From: Phormidium sp.
GTDB lineage: Bacteria > Cyanobacteriota > Cyanobacteriia > Cyanobacteriales > Aerosakkonemataceae
Assembly: GCA_051013385.1 (NCBI GenBank)
Contig: CP143273.1
Coordinates: forward strand, 1,760,001-1,824,000
Length of the DNA: 64,000 nucleotides
Reading direction: 5' to 3'
In this document: positions 17,620 through 27,705 of the stretch, in pieces
How positions within the stretch are numbered: the first letter of the stretch is position 1
Layout: each line of letters begins with the position of its first letter
Position numbers and translations under genes: made by a program
The notes under the pieces: model-generated
Database searches by the model: none
Told to the model about the DNA's origin: nothing
Seen by the model: the letters and a program-made list of their open reading frames with translations, nothing else

Positions 17620-17820
17620 ATGTTGACACTTGAACAAATTGAAGATGCTATCCTTAAACTTACACCTGATGAATTTGAAAAACTCTTGAAATGGGTTGCT
17701 GATTTAGACTATCAGCGTTGGGATGAGCAGTTAGAAAAGGATATTGCTGATGGCAAATTAGAAGCTTTAGCGCAGGAAGCAATTGCAGATTTCGAGGCGG
17801 GAAACTGTGAGCCAATCTAA
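17620..17820 (+). CDS. Putative antitoxin
   Basis: WDEQLEKDIADGKL pattern; translationally coupled to the next gene. Confidence 0.65.
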   Translation: MLTLEQIEDAILKLTPDEFEKLLKWVADLDYQRWDEQLEKDIADGKLEALAQEAIADFEAGNCEPI

Positions 17821-18074
17821 TGCACTACACAAACCGCAGATTTTGGGAATACTACAATGCTCTACCTGAAGATGTACAACGAAATGCCGATCGCTGCTAC
17901 GAACTACTCAAAACTGATCCGTCTCATCCATCTCTTCATTTCAAAAAGGTTGGTAAATATTGGTCAGTTAGAGCCGGAAGAGATTATAGAGCATTAGGTA
18001 TAGAAGTCGAAAAAGGCATTTTGTGGTTTTGGATCGGCACCCACGTAGAATATGACAAATTAACTAGCAAGTAA
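17820..18074 (+). CDS. RelE/ParE-like toxin
   Basis: HPSLHFKKV...WSVR...YRALG...WIGTHVEYD. Confidence 0.75.
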   Translation: MHYTNRRFWEYYNALPEDVQRNADRCYELLKTDPSHPSLHFKKVGKYWSVRAGRDYRALGIEVEKGILWFWIGTHVEYDKLTSK

Positions 18075-18125
18075 CATAGCTTTTGGGTAAATGATTTCTT
18101 CACCGTTTTATACCAGGTTAATTAT

Positions 18126-18323
18126 ATGGATATCACAGCTACTTTGAAGGAGATTACAGCCTTAAGTATTGAAGATCGAATCGATCTTGTGCAAGCAATT
18201 TGGGATAGTATTGCAGCAGAACAAGCTTATCCCGATTTGACCGAAGCACAACAGCAGGAGATCGATCGCCGAATTGCGGATTACGAAACTAATCCTGATA
18301 ACGTAAGGATATTCGCAAAATGA
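18126..18323 (+). CDS. Addiction-module antitoxin component (TIGR02574-like), probably C-terminally truncated
   Basis: LSIEDRIDLVQAIWDSI...EIDRR; no cognate toxin follows. Confidence 0.65.
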   Translation: MDITATLKEITALSIEDRIDLVQAIWDSIAAEQAYPDLTEAQQQEIDRRIADYETNPDNVRIFAK

Positions 18324-18564
18324 AAGAAAAGTATTCTGAAAAGACTGTCCCTATCCAACCTCGTAAATTTGGCTGTGGCAAGGGTATCTTTACTTATGCA
18401 GCAGATGATTTTGATGAAACTCCTCCTGGTTTTGAAGAATACACGCAAGTTAAAGTTCAAAATAAAAAAGCAACCTCATTCACCCAGAATGAATGAAGTT
18501 GCTTTTGGCAATTGATAGATAGAGAGCTATAAAGCAGTGGCTCTGGGTCAAGACAGGATTAGCA

Positions 18565-19023
18565 CTACACTTCTACACTGAGACCATTAGCATCTAACCA
18601 TTTAACCACTCGTTCATACTGGCACTTCTCACTGAATGAGAACCAGCGGTTTTGCTCAGATTCGTATTCTGAGCGACGCAATACATCCTTGAAGCGGCCA
18701 AATGCTCCTCGTCCTTGAATCGCAACCTCCAGCATATCTCGTAACCGTCGAGCTTCAACAGTTTCAATGAAATCTACCATGTCTTGATAGCCATCTCCTG
18801 AACCTTCTTGAGGAATTGGCAAATAGCGAAGATCGAACTCAGCTTCTATTTCCTCATAATTCTCATCTTCTTCGTTAGGGAGAATTTCTAATTGATGATC
18901 GCGACTGCCTATTAAAACTTCACCCGTTTCAAGCTCAATGTAGCCGTATGTTCCATCTTCACCCCGACTATTCATAATTTGAGTGATTAGAAAGAGATTG
19001 TTTTTTGAAATTGCAATTGACAT
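18565..19023 (-). CDS. UPF0158 family protein
   Basis: YIELETGEV, YQDMVDFI, GRGAFGRFKD motifs. Confidence 0.8.
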   Translation of the reverse strand: MSIAISKNNLFLITQIMNSRGEDGTYGYIELETGEVLIGSRDHQLEILPNEEDENYEEIEAEFDLRYLPIPQEGSGDGYQDMVDFIETVEARRLRDMLEVAIQGRGAFGRFKDVLRRSEYESEQNRWFSFSEKCQYERVVKWLDANGLSVEV

Positions 19024-19172
19024 TTTTCACTCCTTGCCTGCTTTTTCTTAAATTTCTCGCGAACATACACCACCGATCGACGGTGAGACTTTCATCAACC
19101 AAATTCTAGACCGATTCCAGCAAGAACATCAGGCACAAGAATGAGTGCCTAATGTTCATCTGCGGTTAATAT

Positions 19173-19997
19173 TCAATCCCTATTCTCAATTACGCCAACG
19201 AGAGATTGTAAATCAAAATCCCGATCGCGTCCACTCAAACAAATTCCCGAACTAATAACAGTTAAGTCACTTTTAGAAATTGCCGAAGTGTGACGTTGAC
19301 CATCAGCAGTTGTCCATTCTACCACCCAATGATCTTGGCGATCGCGAAATTCGCGCATTTCCCCACCACCCATTTTTAAAGCTTTTCGCAGACGTTGTTC
19401 ATCTGTTTTCGCTACAAATCCTTGGATTTTTTTGGTGGTTAATTGGTAAAGCGATCGCATTTCCGGCGTAATACCTTTAAAGCGCAATTCTTCCAATGAA
19501 GTAGCATTTTTCAGATGTTCTTTTAGGTTTTCAGTGATTAAGGGATCGGTACGGCGATCGTAATCATCAAACCACCAATAATTACCATCAAACCGTGCAA
19601 TAATTGGCTCAAAAGTAGCACCCTCACTCACCAAATGTACCGCGAAAGGTTTAGCAACACCGAAACGTTGTAAAGCATCACCTTCATTCACAGGATAAGC
19701 TAACCAAGTTTTCCCCCGTAAAGCATAAGCTAAACGCGATCGCAGAGGTTTTAATAACTTCAAATACTCCGCCAATTGTGGCAAACTTGGTTCATCAACC
19801 ACCGCCGCCAACTTCTCATCAACAGGCTGAAAAATTCCCCACCCCTCAAAATTTCGTGGTTGCGGAGCAAAACTATAAATAATATTAGCAACCCTAGTGC
19901 GAACCAACCCACCACGCACGCAGGGTGCAAGAAATTGAGTTTCCTTTAACTGCATCTCTTGTGCAGCAACTTGATTCAAAAGTTTACGAATATCCAC
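19173..19997 (-). CDS. Hypothetical protein with C-terminal GICLSG motif
   Basis: ORF 19173-20030; GTG at 19997 is the likely start; FLAPC and SSGICLSGRDRDFDL. Confidence 0.7.
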   Translation of the reverse strand: MDIRKLLNQVAAQEMQLKETQFLAPCVRGGLVRTRVANIIYSFAPQPRNFEGWGIFQPVDEKLAAVVDEPSLPQLAEYLKLLKPLRSRLAYALRGKTWLAYPVNEGDALQRFGVAKPFAVHLVSEGATFEPIIARFDGNYWWFDDYDRRTDPLITENLKEHLKNATSLEELRFKGITPEMRSLYQLTTKKIQGFVAKTDEQRLRKALKMGGGEMREFRDRQDHWVVEWTTADGQRHTSAISKSDLTVISSGICLSGRDRDFDLQSLVGVIENRD

Positions 19998-20099
19998 ACT
20001 AGGTTCACCTTTTAAATCACAACTAATCAATCTTTTTGAATCAACAAATCTCCTCTTTGTCCTCCTCTGCGTCCTCTGCGTCTCTGCGGTTCAAAAAAT

Positions 20100-21308
20100 T
20101 TAAACAAACTTGTGACCAAACTCATACATCAAATCAACCCTTCCCTTCCTTAACATCGCCGGATCTAACCTTTCAGTAGTATTACAAGTCAACAACACCA
20201 CGAATTTTTGTTGCTGCTGAATACCACCTTCCTCAATCACACTTTGATACAAAGTACCATCCAATAAACTCAAAATATGCTCAGTTCTAGTATTACCTTG
20301 AGCCGCTGCACTTCCCCGATCTTGAGCTAAATTATCCGCCTCATTAATGATCAGACAAATTCGCTCCAAATAGCTCGGCGGAATGAAATTTTCCACCGCA
20401 TCATGATCCAAAATAAAAATCACAAAACCCAAAGGCATCAAAATTTCTTTAGCTACCGCTTGAGTCCATGCAGTTTTACCAGTACCCGGTTCACCATGCA
20501 CCAAAACAGCTAACTGACTTTGATCAAGAACTGCTTGCTGAACTTTATCAGTAAAGCTTTGAATATCCTCTGGAAAACTGCGAATAGGAAACAAGCTATT
20601 AACCTGTCCTACACGACTTTTATACCCACTAAGAATCACCGCCAAATTGTAAGTTGCTTTGTTAATTAATGGCGCTAAATTTTTCGCCATCAAACTATAC
20701 CAACGTCGTCCCTTTTCATAGCTTTCTATTTGCAACCAAACTTGGTATTTCGACCAATAAGCGTAAATTGTTCCCGGAGTTTCCAAGCGTTCCCAATTGC
20801 TAAATTGAGACACTGGGTAATAGTAATATCGCTCCATGAAATACTGAGTAATAATATCAGGACGACCCATAATTTCCAAAATTTTCTTCACAGTAATTTC
20901 TTGGAGACGATTCAAAACATAATCAATCGGAATGCTATCCCGACTGACTGATTGATTAATTGGAGTTTCCGTTGTCAAAACATCTTTGAAACGGTAATCT
21001 GGCATAGAAGGTTCGGGAGTCAAGTAATTCCAGAACACATCTACTTCATATTTGACGTTATCAGAAAAAACATTTAAAAGATTAGCCCACCAAGTATATT
21101 CATTACGTCCCAAAGCATTAGCAAGGTCACTAATTACATCAGCAGTTTTCTGAGTCAATTCGTTGTTATCATTCCATACTAAATGCAAAAAATATTCTAA
21201 ATTAAACTGTCTGGATAAAGGTCGCCAGCCTGTTCCTAATAGACCTTTTGATTGCTGATTGTTCTGGCTGTAATTTTCTTCGTTGTTTCCGAAATATCCA
21301 AATGGCAT
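20100..21308 (-). CDS. AAA+ ATPase
   Basis: Walker A GEPGTGKT, Walker B-like IINEAD, SRH LDPAMLRKGRVD. Confidence 0.85.
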   Translation of the reverse strand: MPFGYFGNNEENYSQNNQQSKGLLGTGWRPLSRQFNLEYFLHLVWNDNNELTQKTADVISDLANALGRNEYTWWANLLNVFSDNVKYEVDVFWNYLTPEPSMPDYRFKDVLTTETPINQSVSRDSIPIDYVLNRLQEITVKKILEIMGRPDIITQYFMERYYYYPVSQFSNWERLETPGTIYAYWSKYQVWLQIESYEKGRRWYSLMAKNLAPLINKATYNLAVILSGYKSRVGQVNSLFPIRSFPEDIQSFTDKVQQAVLDQSQLAVLVHGEPGTGKTAWTQAVAKEILMPLGFVIFILDHDAVENFIPPSYLERICLIINEADNLAQDRGSAAAQGNTRTEHILSLLDGTLYQSVIEEGGIQQQQKFVVLLTCNTTERLDPAMLRKGRVDLMYEFGHKFV

Positions 21309-21371
21309 AATTAAATTTCAGTGCTATGGTGGCTAATTGTCGGAGATTTTTACTAATTTTAACCAGCCGCT

Positions 21372-21968
21372 TTAATTTGGCAACTGTTGTAAATACTTAG
21401 GTGGCACACGATTCACCAACCAAACTCCATTTTCCGAACAATAAAATTCATAATCATGCTTGTGCATTGCTGCTGCATCTATAGCAAAAACTACAGGTTT
21501 ACCATGCCTTGTTCCCACTTTTTTAGCAATACTAATACTCGTAGTTAAATGCACATGATGTCGAGACATTTTACACAAACCATTTTGCAAAATAGATGCC
21601 ACTGCATTAGCTCCTGTTCCGTGATATAACACATCTGGCGGCAAAGTGGGTGCCAACTGCAAATCAACCTCTACACTGTGACCTTGATTTGCGCGAATTA
21701 ATTTGCCAGTAGAATCAAAAGAAAAGCGCTTTTTATCATTTTTAGCAACTACTTCCTCTAATTCAGCAACAGTGAATAAAAATCCCTTTTTTTGACTTGC
21801 TTCCATCAATTCAGCAACAGAAACCCAGCCTCCTTCTGCCAGCTTAATACCTATTTCGTCCGGTGTATGCCGCAAATGTTTACTAAGATATTTGCTAATT
21901 TTAACCAAGCGAGAATTGTTCAACAGCATATCTTTAAAATTAATTAATATTCCTCCCCCACTCCACAT
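21372..21968 (-). CDS. kptA: RNA 2'-phosphotransferase Tpt1/KptA
   Basis: LRH, KKRF, IRANQGHS, LYHGT, RHHVHL motifs; true start may be near 21929. Confidence 0.93.
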   Translation of the reverse strand: MWSGGGILINFKDMLLNNSRLVKISKYLSKHLRHTPDEIGIKLAEGGWVSVAELMEASQKKGFLFTVAELEEVVAKNDKKRFSFDSTGKLIRANQGHSVEVDLQLAPTLPPDVLYHGTGANAVASILQNGLCKMSRHHVHLTTSISIAKKVGTRHGKPVVFAIDAAAMHKHDYEFYCSENGVWLVNRVPPKYLQQLPN

Positions 21969-22056
21969 ACTTTACTTGAGCGTACACAAAGGATTGTCTT
22001 ATATTGTAATACAAATTGCGAGAAATTGATTTCCGATGCTTTGTTACATTTTATTA

Positions 22057-22245
22057 TCAATAGCTGAGCTTGTGAAAATAACGACTATTCCGCAAAAATT
22101 GCACACTCTTTTGGGAAAGCCTTTTAACTTTTTTACTCGCGCCTGTAGGTATAGGCGAATCAAAATCGGTAACATTTAATTCAGCGAGTCGCTGTTGCAC
22201 TTCTAAGGCGATAAGTTTGTATACTGATTGCATATTACTCATGAC
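22057..22245 (-). CDS. Small hypothetical protein
   Basis: Short ORF co-oriented in the operon with a GGTG RBS-like sequence; no recognisable domain. Confidence 0.4.
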   Translation of the reverse strand, partial: VMSNMQSVYKLIALEVQQRLAELNVTDFDSPIPTGASKKVKRLSQKSVQFLRNSRYFHKLSY

Positions 22246-22485
22246 ACCACCTGCTTTTTTCAACTTCAAAAATCCTTTGATTAAGCAATTAACCCCTAAC
22301 CCACCCTCGCTAAAATCAATAGATCAGTACATGGTTGTAACTTTGACAATGCACTTTACGCTTGTGACAATACTGGGCATAATTTGTCATACGATTAGGT
22401 ATTGCCCCTCCTACCTACTAAAAGCCAATTTATAAGATTGGAAGTAAGGTTATACTCGCCTCTATTGCTTTAGCTACCAACTTGC

Positions 22486-22944
22486 TTAATCGATTAATTC
22501 AGTATTCCAGTTTGCCCCTTGAATTGTTGTATCCAATTCTCGACATTCTCTAGATAAGCGATCGACTTGTGCTTGCAATTCAGTAATATTTACTGTACTG
22601 AAATACTTGATTTCAGATTGACTATATCGGTTTTGGTTTAACGCTGCTGCGTTAACTAGAGAATCATAAATGCTGCGTTTTAGTAAGAGTGTATCTCTTT
22701 GTGCTAAGGCATCAGATATAGTTACCCCTTCTCGAAGATTTGTTAGAGAGTTAGTTTTGTTAATTCTCTGAATTAAGTCTGTTAATTCGCGCAATGTTGT
22801 TTCTAATTCTGCAAGCAATGTTGAGGGATTTTCTGGTGGTTGTTCTCCCTCTTGCACTCTGGCACTTCTGATCAATCTTTGGCGCAATTGCTCAACTCTT
22901 TTTTGGCAATCTGCTCTGAGGATTAAAGCTTCTGATAATTTCAT
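22486..22944 (-). CDS. DIP1984 family coiled-coil protein
   Basis: MKLSEALILRAD, VQEGEQPPENP, RINKTN, IQGANWNTEL. Confidence 0.85.
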   Translation of the reverse strand: MKLSEALILRADCQKRVEQLRQRLIRSARVQEGEQPPENPSTLLAELETTLRELTDLIQRINKTNSLTNLREGVTISDALAQRDTLLLKRSIYDSLVNAAALNQNRYSQSEIKYFSTVNITELQAQVDRLSRECRELDTTIQGANWNTELID

Positions 22945-23045
22945 AGTATTTAAAAAGATGATTATTTCTCTACTCGCTAGATTAATGGTGCGTTACGGCT
23001 GCGCCTAACGCACCCTACTTTTTACTAACGCACCCTACTTTTTAC

Positions 23046-23450
23046 CTAAAAAGGTGGGATTTTTAGGCTTTTTGGTAAATTTGTTTTGGGGTCAATTTCA
23101 CCGCGAAAATCTTCGCCATAGTAGGCAGCCACAATATGAATTTTACCAATAATATGACGGTTGAACTCTGCTAATTCTTCTGCTGGTACCCACAATTCTT
23201 GGCAAATTCGACTACCTACAGTTTGCACAGGAAATTTTTTGACATAAATATCTTCTACCTCAAATTTGGTAATGAAACCAGCACAACTATTGCTTTTCGT
23301 ATTCCAATCACGGGCAATTTTTTGGGCATACTCAAAATTGAGTACCGGATAAAAAATTGGTTGAACAGGAAGACGGGGAGGGAAAGCTTTAAAATTTGCT
23401 CTGGCAATTAAGTCAAGTTCTTTTAACCCTACAGGGCGATAGAGAAGCAT
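23046..23450 (-). CDS. Conserved hypothetical protein (family often labelled ADP-ribosylation/crystallin J1)
   Basis: LYRPVG, FPPRLPVQPIFYPV, ELWVPAEELAEFN. Confidence 0.7.
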   Translation of the reverse strand: MLLYRPVGLKELDLIARANFKAFPPRLPVQPIFYPVLNFEYAQKIARDWNTKSNSCAGFITKFEVEDIYVKKFPVQTVGSRICQELWVPAEELAEFNRHIIGKIHIVAAYYGEDFRGEIDPKTNLPKSLKIPPF

Positions 23451-23537
23451 CTTTACCTCACCTCAGTTTTTCGGGGATTGGTGATAGGGAAAAGTTAAAA
23501 ATTTTCCCTGCCACTAATCTTTTTTACCTAACTTTGC

Positions 23538-23822
23538 TTAAGAAACCGGAATTACTAACAAAGTGATATCCCGAATTCCAACTATTAAAATTGGTGCGTC
23601 AGGAGGTAGATGCTTTTGCTCATTTGCTTGGTAAAATTCAGCAGGCCAATAGCTGCCCATTGCTTTGACTCTACCACGTTGATGGGGTGCAATTGTTTGC
23701 ACTACAGTACCTTGCTTTGGTTCTGTAAACATTTCCACTTGAGAAAGGAACAATTCTCTCATCCGCTGACCCCCTTTAGCTTCCGAGTAGAAAAATAAGT
23801 AGGCGACAGTATGATTTGTCAC
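23538..23822 (-). CDS. NfeD C-terminal (OB-fold)-like small protein
   Basis: GRVKAMGSYWPA...IVGIRDITLLV; start may be ATG 23762. Confidence 0.7.
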   Translation of the reverse strand: MTNHTVAYLFFYSEAKGGQRMRELFLSQVEMFTEPKQGTVVQTIAPHQRGRVKAMGSYWPAEFYQANEQKHLPPDAPILIVGIRDITLLVIPVS

Positions 23823-24088
23823 CCCTTTAGTTATTCACTCCCTCTACTGAATGTTCCGTATTAATCGTGGTTTTTTTTACTGGGTATTGCCCACCTTGGT
23901 AGCTATTAGACCTCTGCAAAAATTACTGTCATGACTTACGCATTGATACTAAATATGGTGGAATGGTGCGTTACGTTACCACGCTTCGCACCCTACGAAT
24001 AGAGGCTTTGCGTAAGTCCTAACTCTGTTATCTATAACCCTTGTAGAGAGGTTTCATGCAACGTCTCTACAATCTTTTTTGCAGAGGT

Positions 24089-25594
<1,506 letters not shown>

Positions 25595-25757
25595 TTAACA
25601 AGGGGGACTTTGAATTAATTTAATTCCCTCTCTGGTTCCCCCCTTGGTAAGGGGGGCTAGGGGGGATCTGACTCATTTTTGAAACGGGTTTTTATCATCT
25701 AAAATCCAAAATTGTCAGGGGCAGATATCGCACGCACGGCAATATTATTAATAATAA

Positions 25758-25901
25758 GCCGCGCAAGTTGAGGGAGCTAAATTTGCCTGCTAATAAAGGC
25801 CCAGGCTTGCATCCTACTATCCAATGTAGGAACCTTTCTATCGTGTAGGATAGAGCTACCTGTCGGTAGCTGTGTGTAAGCTCCCCCTGTTAGGGCGCGG
25901 C
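25758..25901 (-). ncRNA. Y RNA-like scaffold RNA, copy A, four-hairpin cargo
   Basis: GCCGCGC/GCGCGGC and GGGAGCT/AGCTCCC stems; TACACAC; CAACTT; four internal hairpins. Confidence 0.7.
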
Positions 25902-25946
25902 GATAACTGCTATTTTTGTTATTTGTTATTTGTCATTTGTTATTTG

Positions 25947-26333
25947 TTATTTGACGGAAACTTTTGCACCGACTGCTTCTAACTGGTGCTTGATGTCTTC
26001 AGCAATGTCGAGATCGATCGCACTTTTCAGCACTTGCGGTACTGACTCAACCAAATCTTTTGCTTCCTTCAAACCGAAACCAGTCAATTCTCGCACAACT
26101 TTAAGAATGGCAATCTTTCTATCGACTGGTACTTCTTCCAAAACCACATCAAACGTTTTGAATTCAGGTGGATCTTGGTCTATCACAGGATCGATAATCG
26201 GAGGAATAGGGATAACTTTGTTAACCGAAGCATCAACATCAAAAGTCGCCTCAATCTGCTTAACTAATTCGGCAGTTTCCAACAAAGTTAGAGATTTTAA
26301 TTGTTCTAGAATTTCTAGGGTTTTGGTAGACAT
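25947..26333 (-). CDS. rplL: Ribosomal protein L7/L12 paralog
   Basis: LKSLTLLETAELVKQIE...FDVVL...LKVVRELTGFGLKEAKDLVES; Pro/Ile-rich hinge; not next to rplJ. Confidence 0.9.
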   Translation of the reverse strand: MSTKTLEILEQLKSLTLLETAELVKQIEATFDVDASVNKVIPIPPIIDPVIDQDPPEFKTFDVVLEEVPVDRKIAILKVVRELTGFGLKEAKDLVESVPQVLKSAIDLDIAEDIKHQLEAVGAKVSVK

Positions 26334-26373
26334 AGCTACCTCCTCTAAACGATAAACAAATTTAGTAAATTAA

Positions 26374-26501
26374 CACTTCGCACAAGTTGAAAAAGCTGTT
26401 GTGTTCACACACAGGATTTGAACCTGTATATACTTGAATCTAACTCAAGCGCCTTTTCCATTTGGCTAGTATGTAAGCTTTTTCCGTTGGGGTGCGAAGT
26501 G
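26374..26501 (-). ncRNA. Y RNA-like scaffold RNA, copy B, with nested tRNA cloverleaf (TAG anticodon)
   Basis: CACTTCGCAC/GTGCGAAGTG; AAAAAGCT/AGCTTTTT; D arm GCC/GGC; CTTGA-GTTAGAT-TCAAG; ACAGG-TTCAAAT-CCTGT. Confidence 0.75.
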
Positions 26502-26616
26502 CTAATTTTTTTAGTCATACAAGCTTAATTTAATTAGGTTTGTTGTAGCGACTTTAGTCGTACATTCCAAGGTAGAAGGACTGAAGTCCTCACAACGAAC
26601 CAGTGTTGAGTAAAGT

Positions 26617-26741
26617 CACTTCGCGCAAGTCAAGAAAGCTGTTGTTCATACGTAGGATTTGAACCTACTACTTTTCGTTTATGGAACGATCGCTCTACCA
26701 ATGAGCTAGTATGTAAGCTTTCTAAATTGGGGCGCGAAGTG
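26617..26741 (-). ncRNA. Y RNA-like scaffold RNA, copy C, with nested tRNA cloverleaf (CAT anticodon)
   Basis: CACTTCGCGC/GCGCGAAGTG; AGAAAGCT/AGCTTTCT; TAGCTCATTGGTAGAGC D arm; loop TCCATAA; GTAGG-TTCAAAT-CCTAC. Confidence 0.75.
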
Positions 26742-26772
26742 TTTGTCCTCCAACTAGTAAGAAATAAGGTGG

Positions 26773-26980
26773 TTCCGCACAAGTAAAAAAAGCTAGTCAC
26801 TTGCAGTTCTACTATTTGAACTACGGCTCCAAGAAATAGACAAAAGAAAAGAGGTTTTCTTACTTTTGTCTTTGTTTTTCTCCTTTTCACTTCCGAAAGT
26901 GGAGCCGATAGGATTTGCACCTATAACCTCTCGCTTATCAGGCGAATATGTGTGTAAGCTTTTTGGGTTAGGGTGCGGAA
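26773..26980 (-). ncRNA. Y RNA-like scaffold RNA, copy D, with circularly permuted tRNA (GAT anticodon)
   Basis: TTCCGCAC/GTGCGGAA; order is anticodon arm, T arm, CGGCTCC, 70-nt loop, GGAGCCG, TA, D arm. Confidence 0.75.
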
Positions 26981-27018
26981 AAACCTTTTGGGATTAAGGG
27001 GTTTCAAAATTTTTTGTG

Positions 27019-27240
<222 letters not shown>

Positions 27241-27302
27241 TTAAATTGTAGATTTTATTGAAGATTTCTCATAAAGGAGGGCTTTTAAAAAGCTCATAAA
27301 AC

Positions 27303-27503
27303 TTACCAAAAACAACGCCGCTCTAAATGATAATCTTGCTGAATTTGTTTGTGTTTTTCATTAATTTGAGTTTGTCTGAGATGTTCAGAATGTTGGGATT
27401 TTAATTCTGTCTCAGAGGGGTTGGAAGTCAAATTTATCTGCTCATTTTTCGAGTCAGATTTGGTAGATGGCTTCCCAAATAGCTTGGTGTAAAGTATCAA
27501 CAT
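27303..27503 (-). CDS. Small hypothetical protein (first ORF of the - strand operon)
   Basis: 66-aa ORF directly downstream of the promoter/boxA. Confidence 0.45.
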   Translation of the reverse strand: MLILYTKLFGKPSTKSDSKNEQINLTSNPSETELKSQHSEHLRQTQINEKHKQIQQDYHLERRCFW

Positions 27504-27563
27504 GATAGACTATCCCTAAATAAAGGTTTCTCAATTTCGTCTGAGAATTATTACCTAATTAAT

Positions 27564-27664
27564 TATTCAGTTTTCAAGGTGCAGATTTCGCAAGCGAGGT
27601 GAAGAAAAATCTTTCCTCAACTCATCATGTTTATATACTACAAGCATAATACAAAAAGTGTCAA
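27564..27664 (-). promoter_or_regulatory. Promoter, operator-like repeats and boxB/boxA leader of the vWA operon
   Basis: On the - strand: TTGACA (27664-27659), 18 nt, TAGTAT (27640-27635), containing TGTATTAT and TGTAGTAT; hairpin 27597-27618; GCACCTTGAAAACTGAATA 27582-27564. Confidence 0.72.
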
Positions 27665-27705
27665 GGGGTAAAACAAACTTTTTTTAGCGGGGTGGAAAAT
27701 GAGGT

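Noticed and set aside
26374..26741. Ordinary tRNA-Leu(TAG) and tRNA-Met(CAT) genes
   Set aside because: Only a short acceptor helix and no discriminator/CCA; both are embedded in the shared scaffold
25758..26980. CRISPR array or simple direct repeats
   Set aside because: Units are two covarying half-motifs enclosing structured cargo, are irregularly spaced, and no cas genes are present
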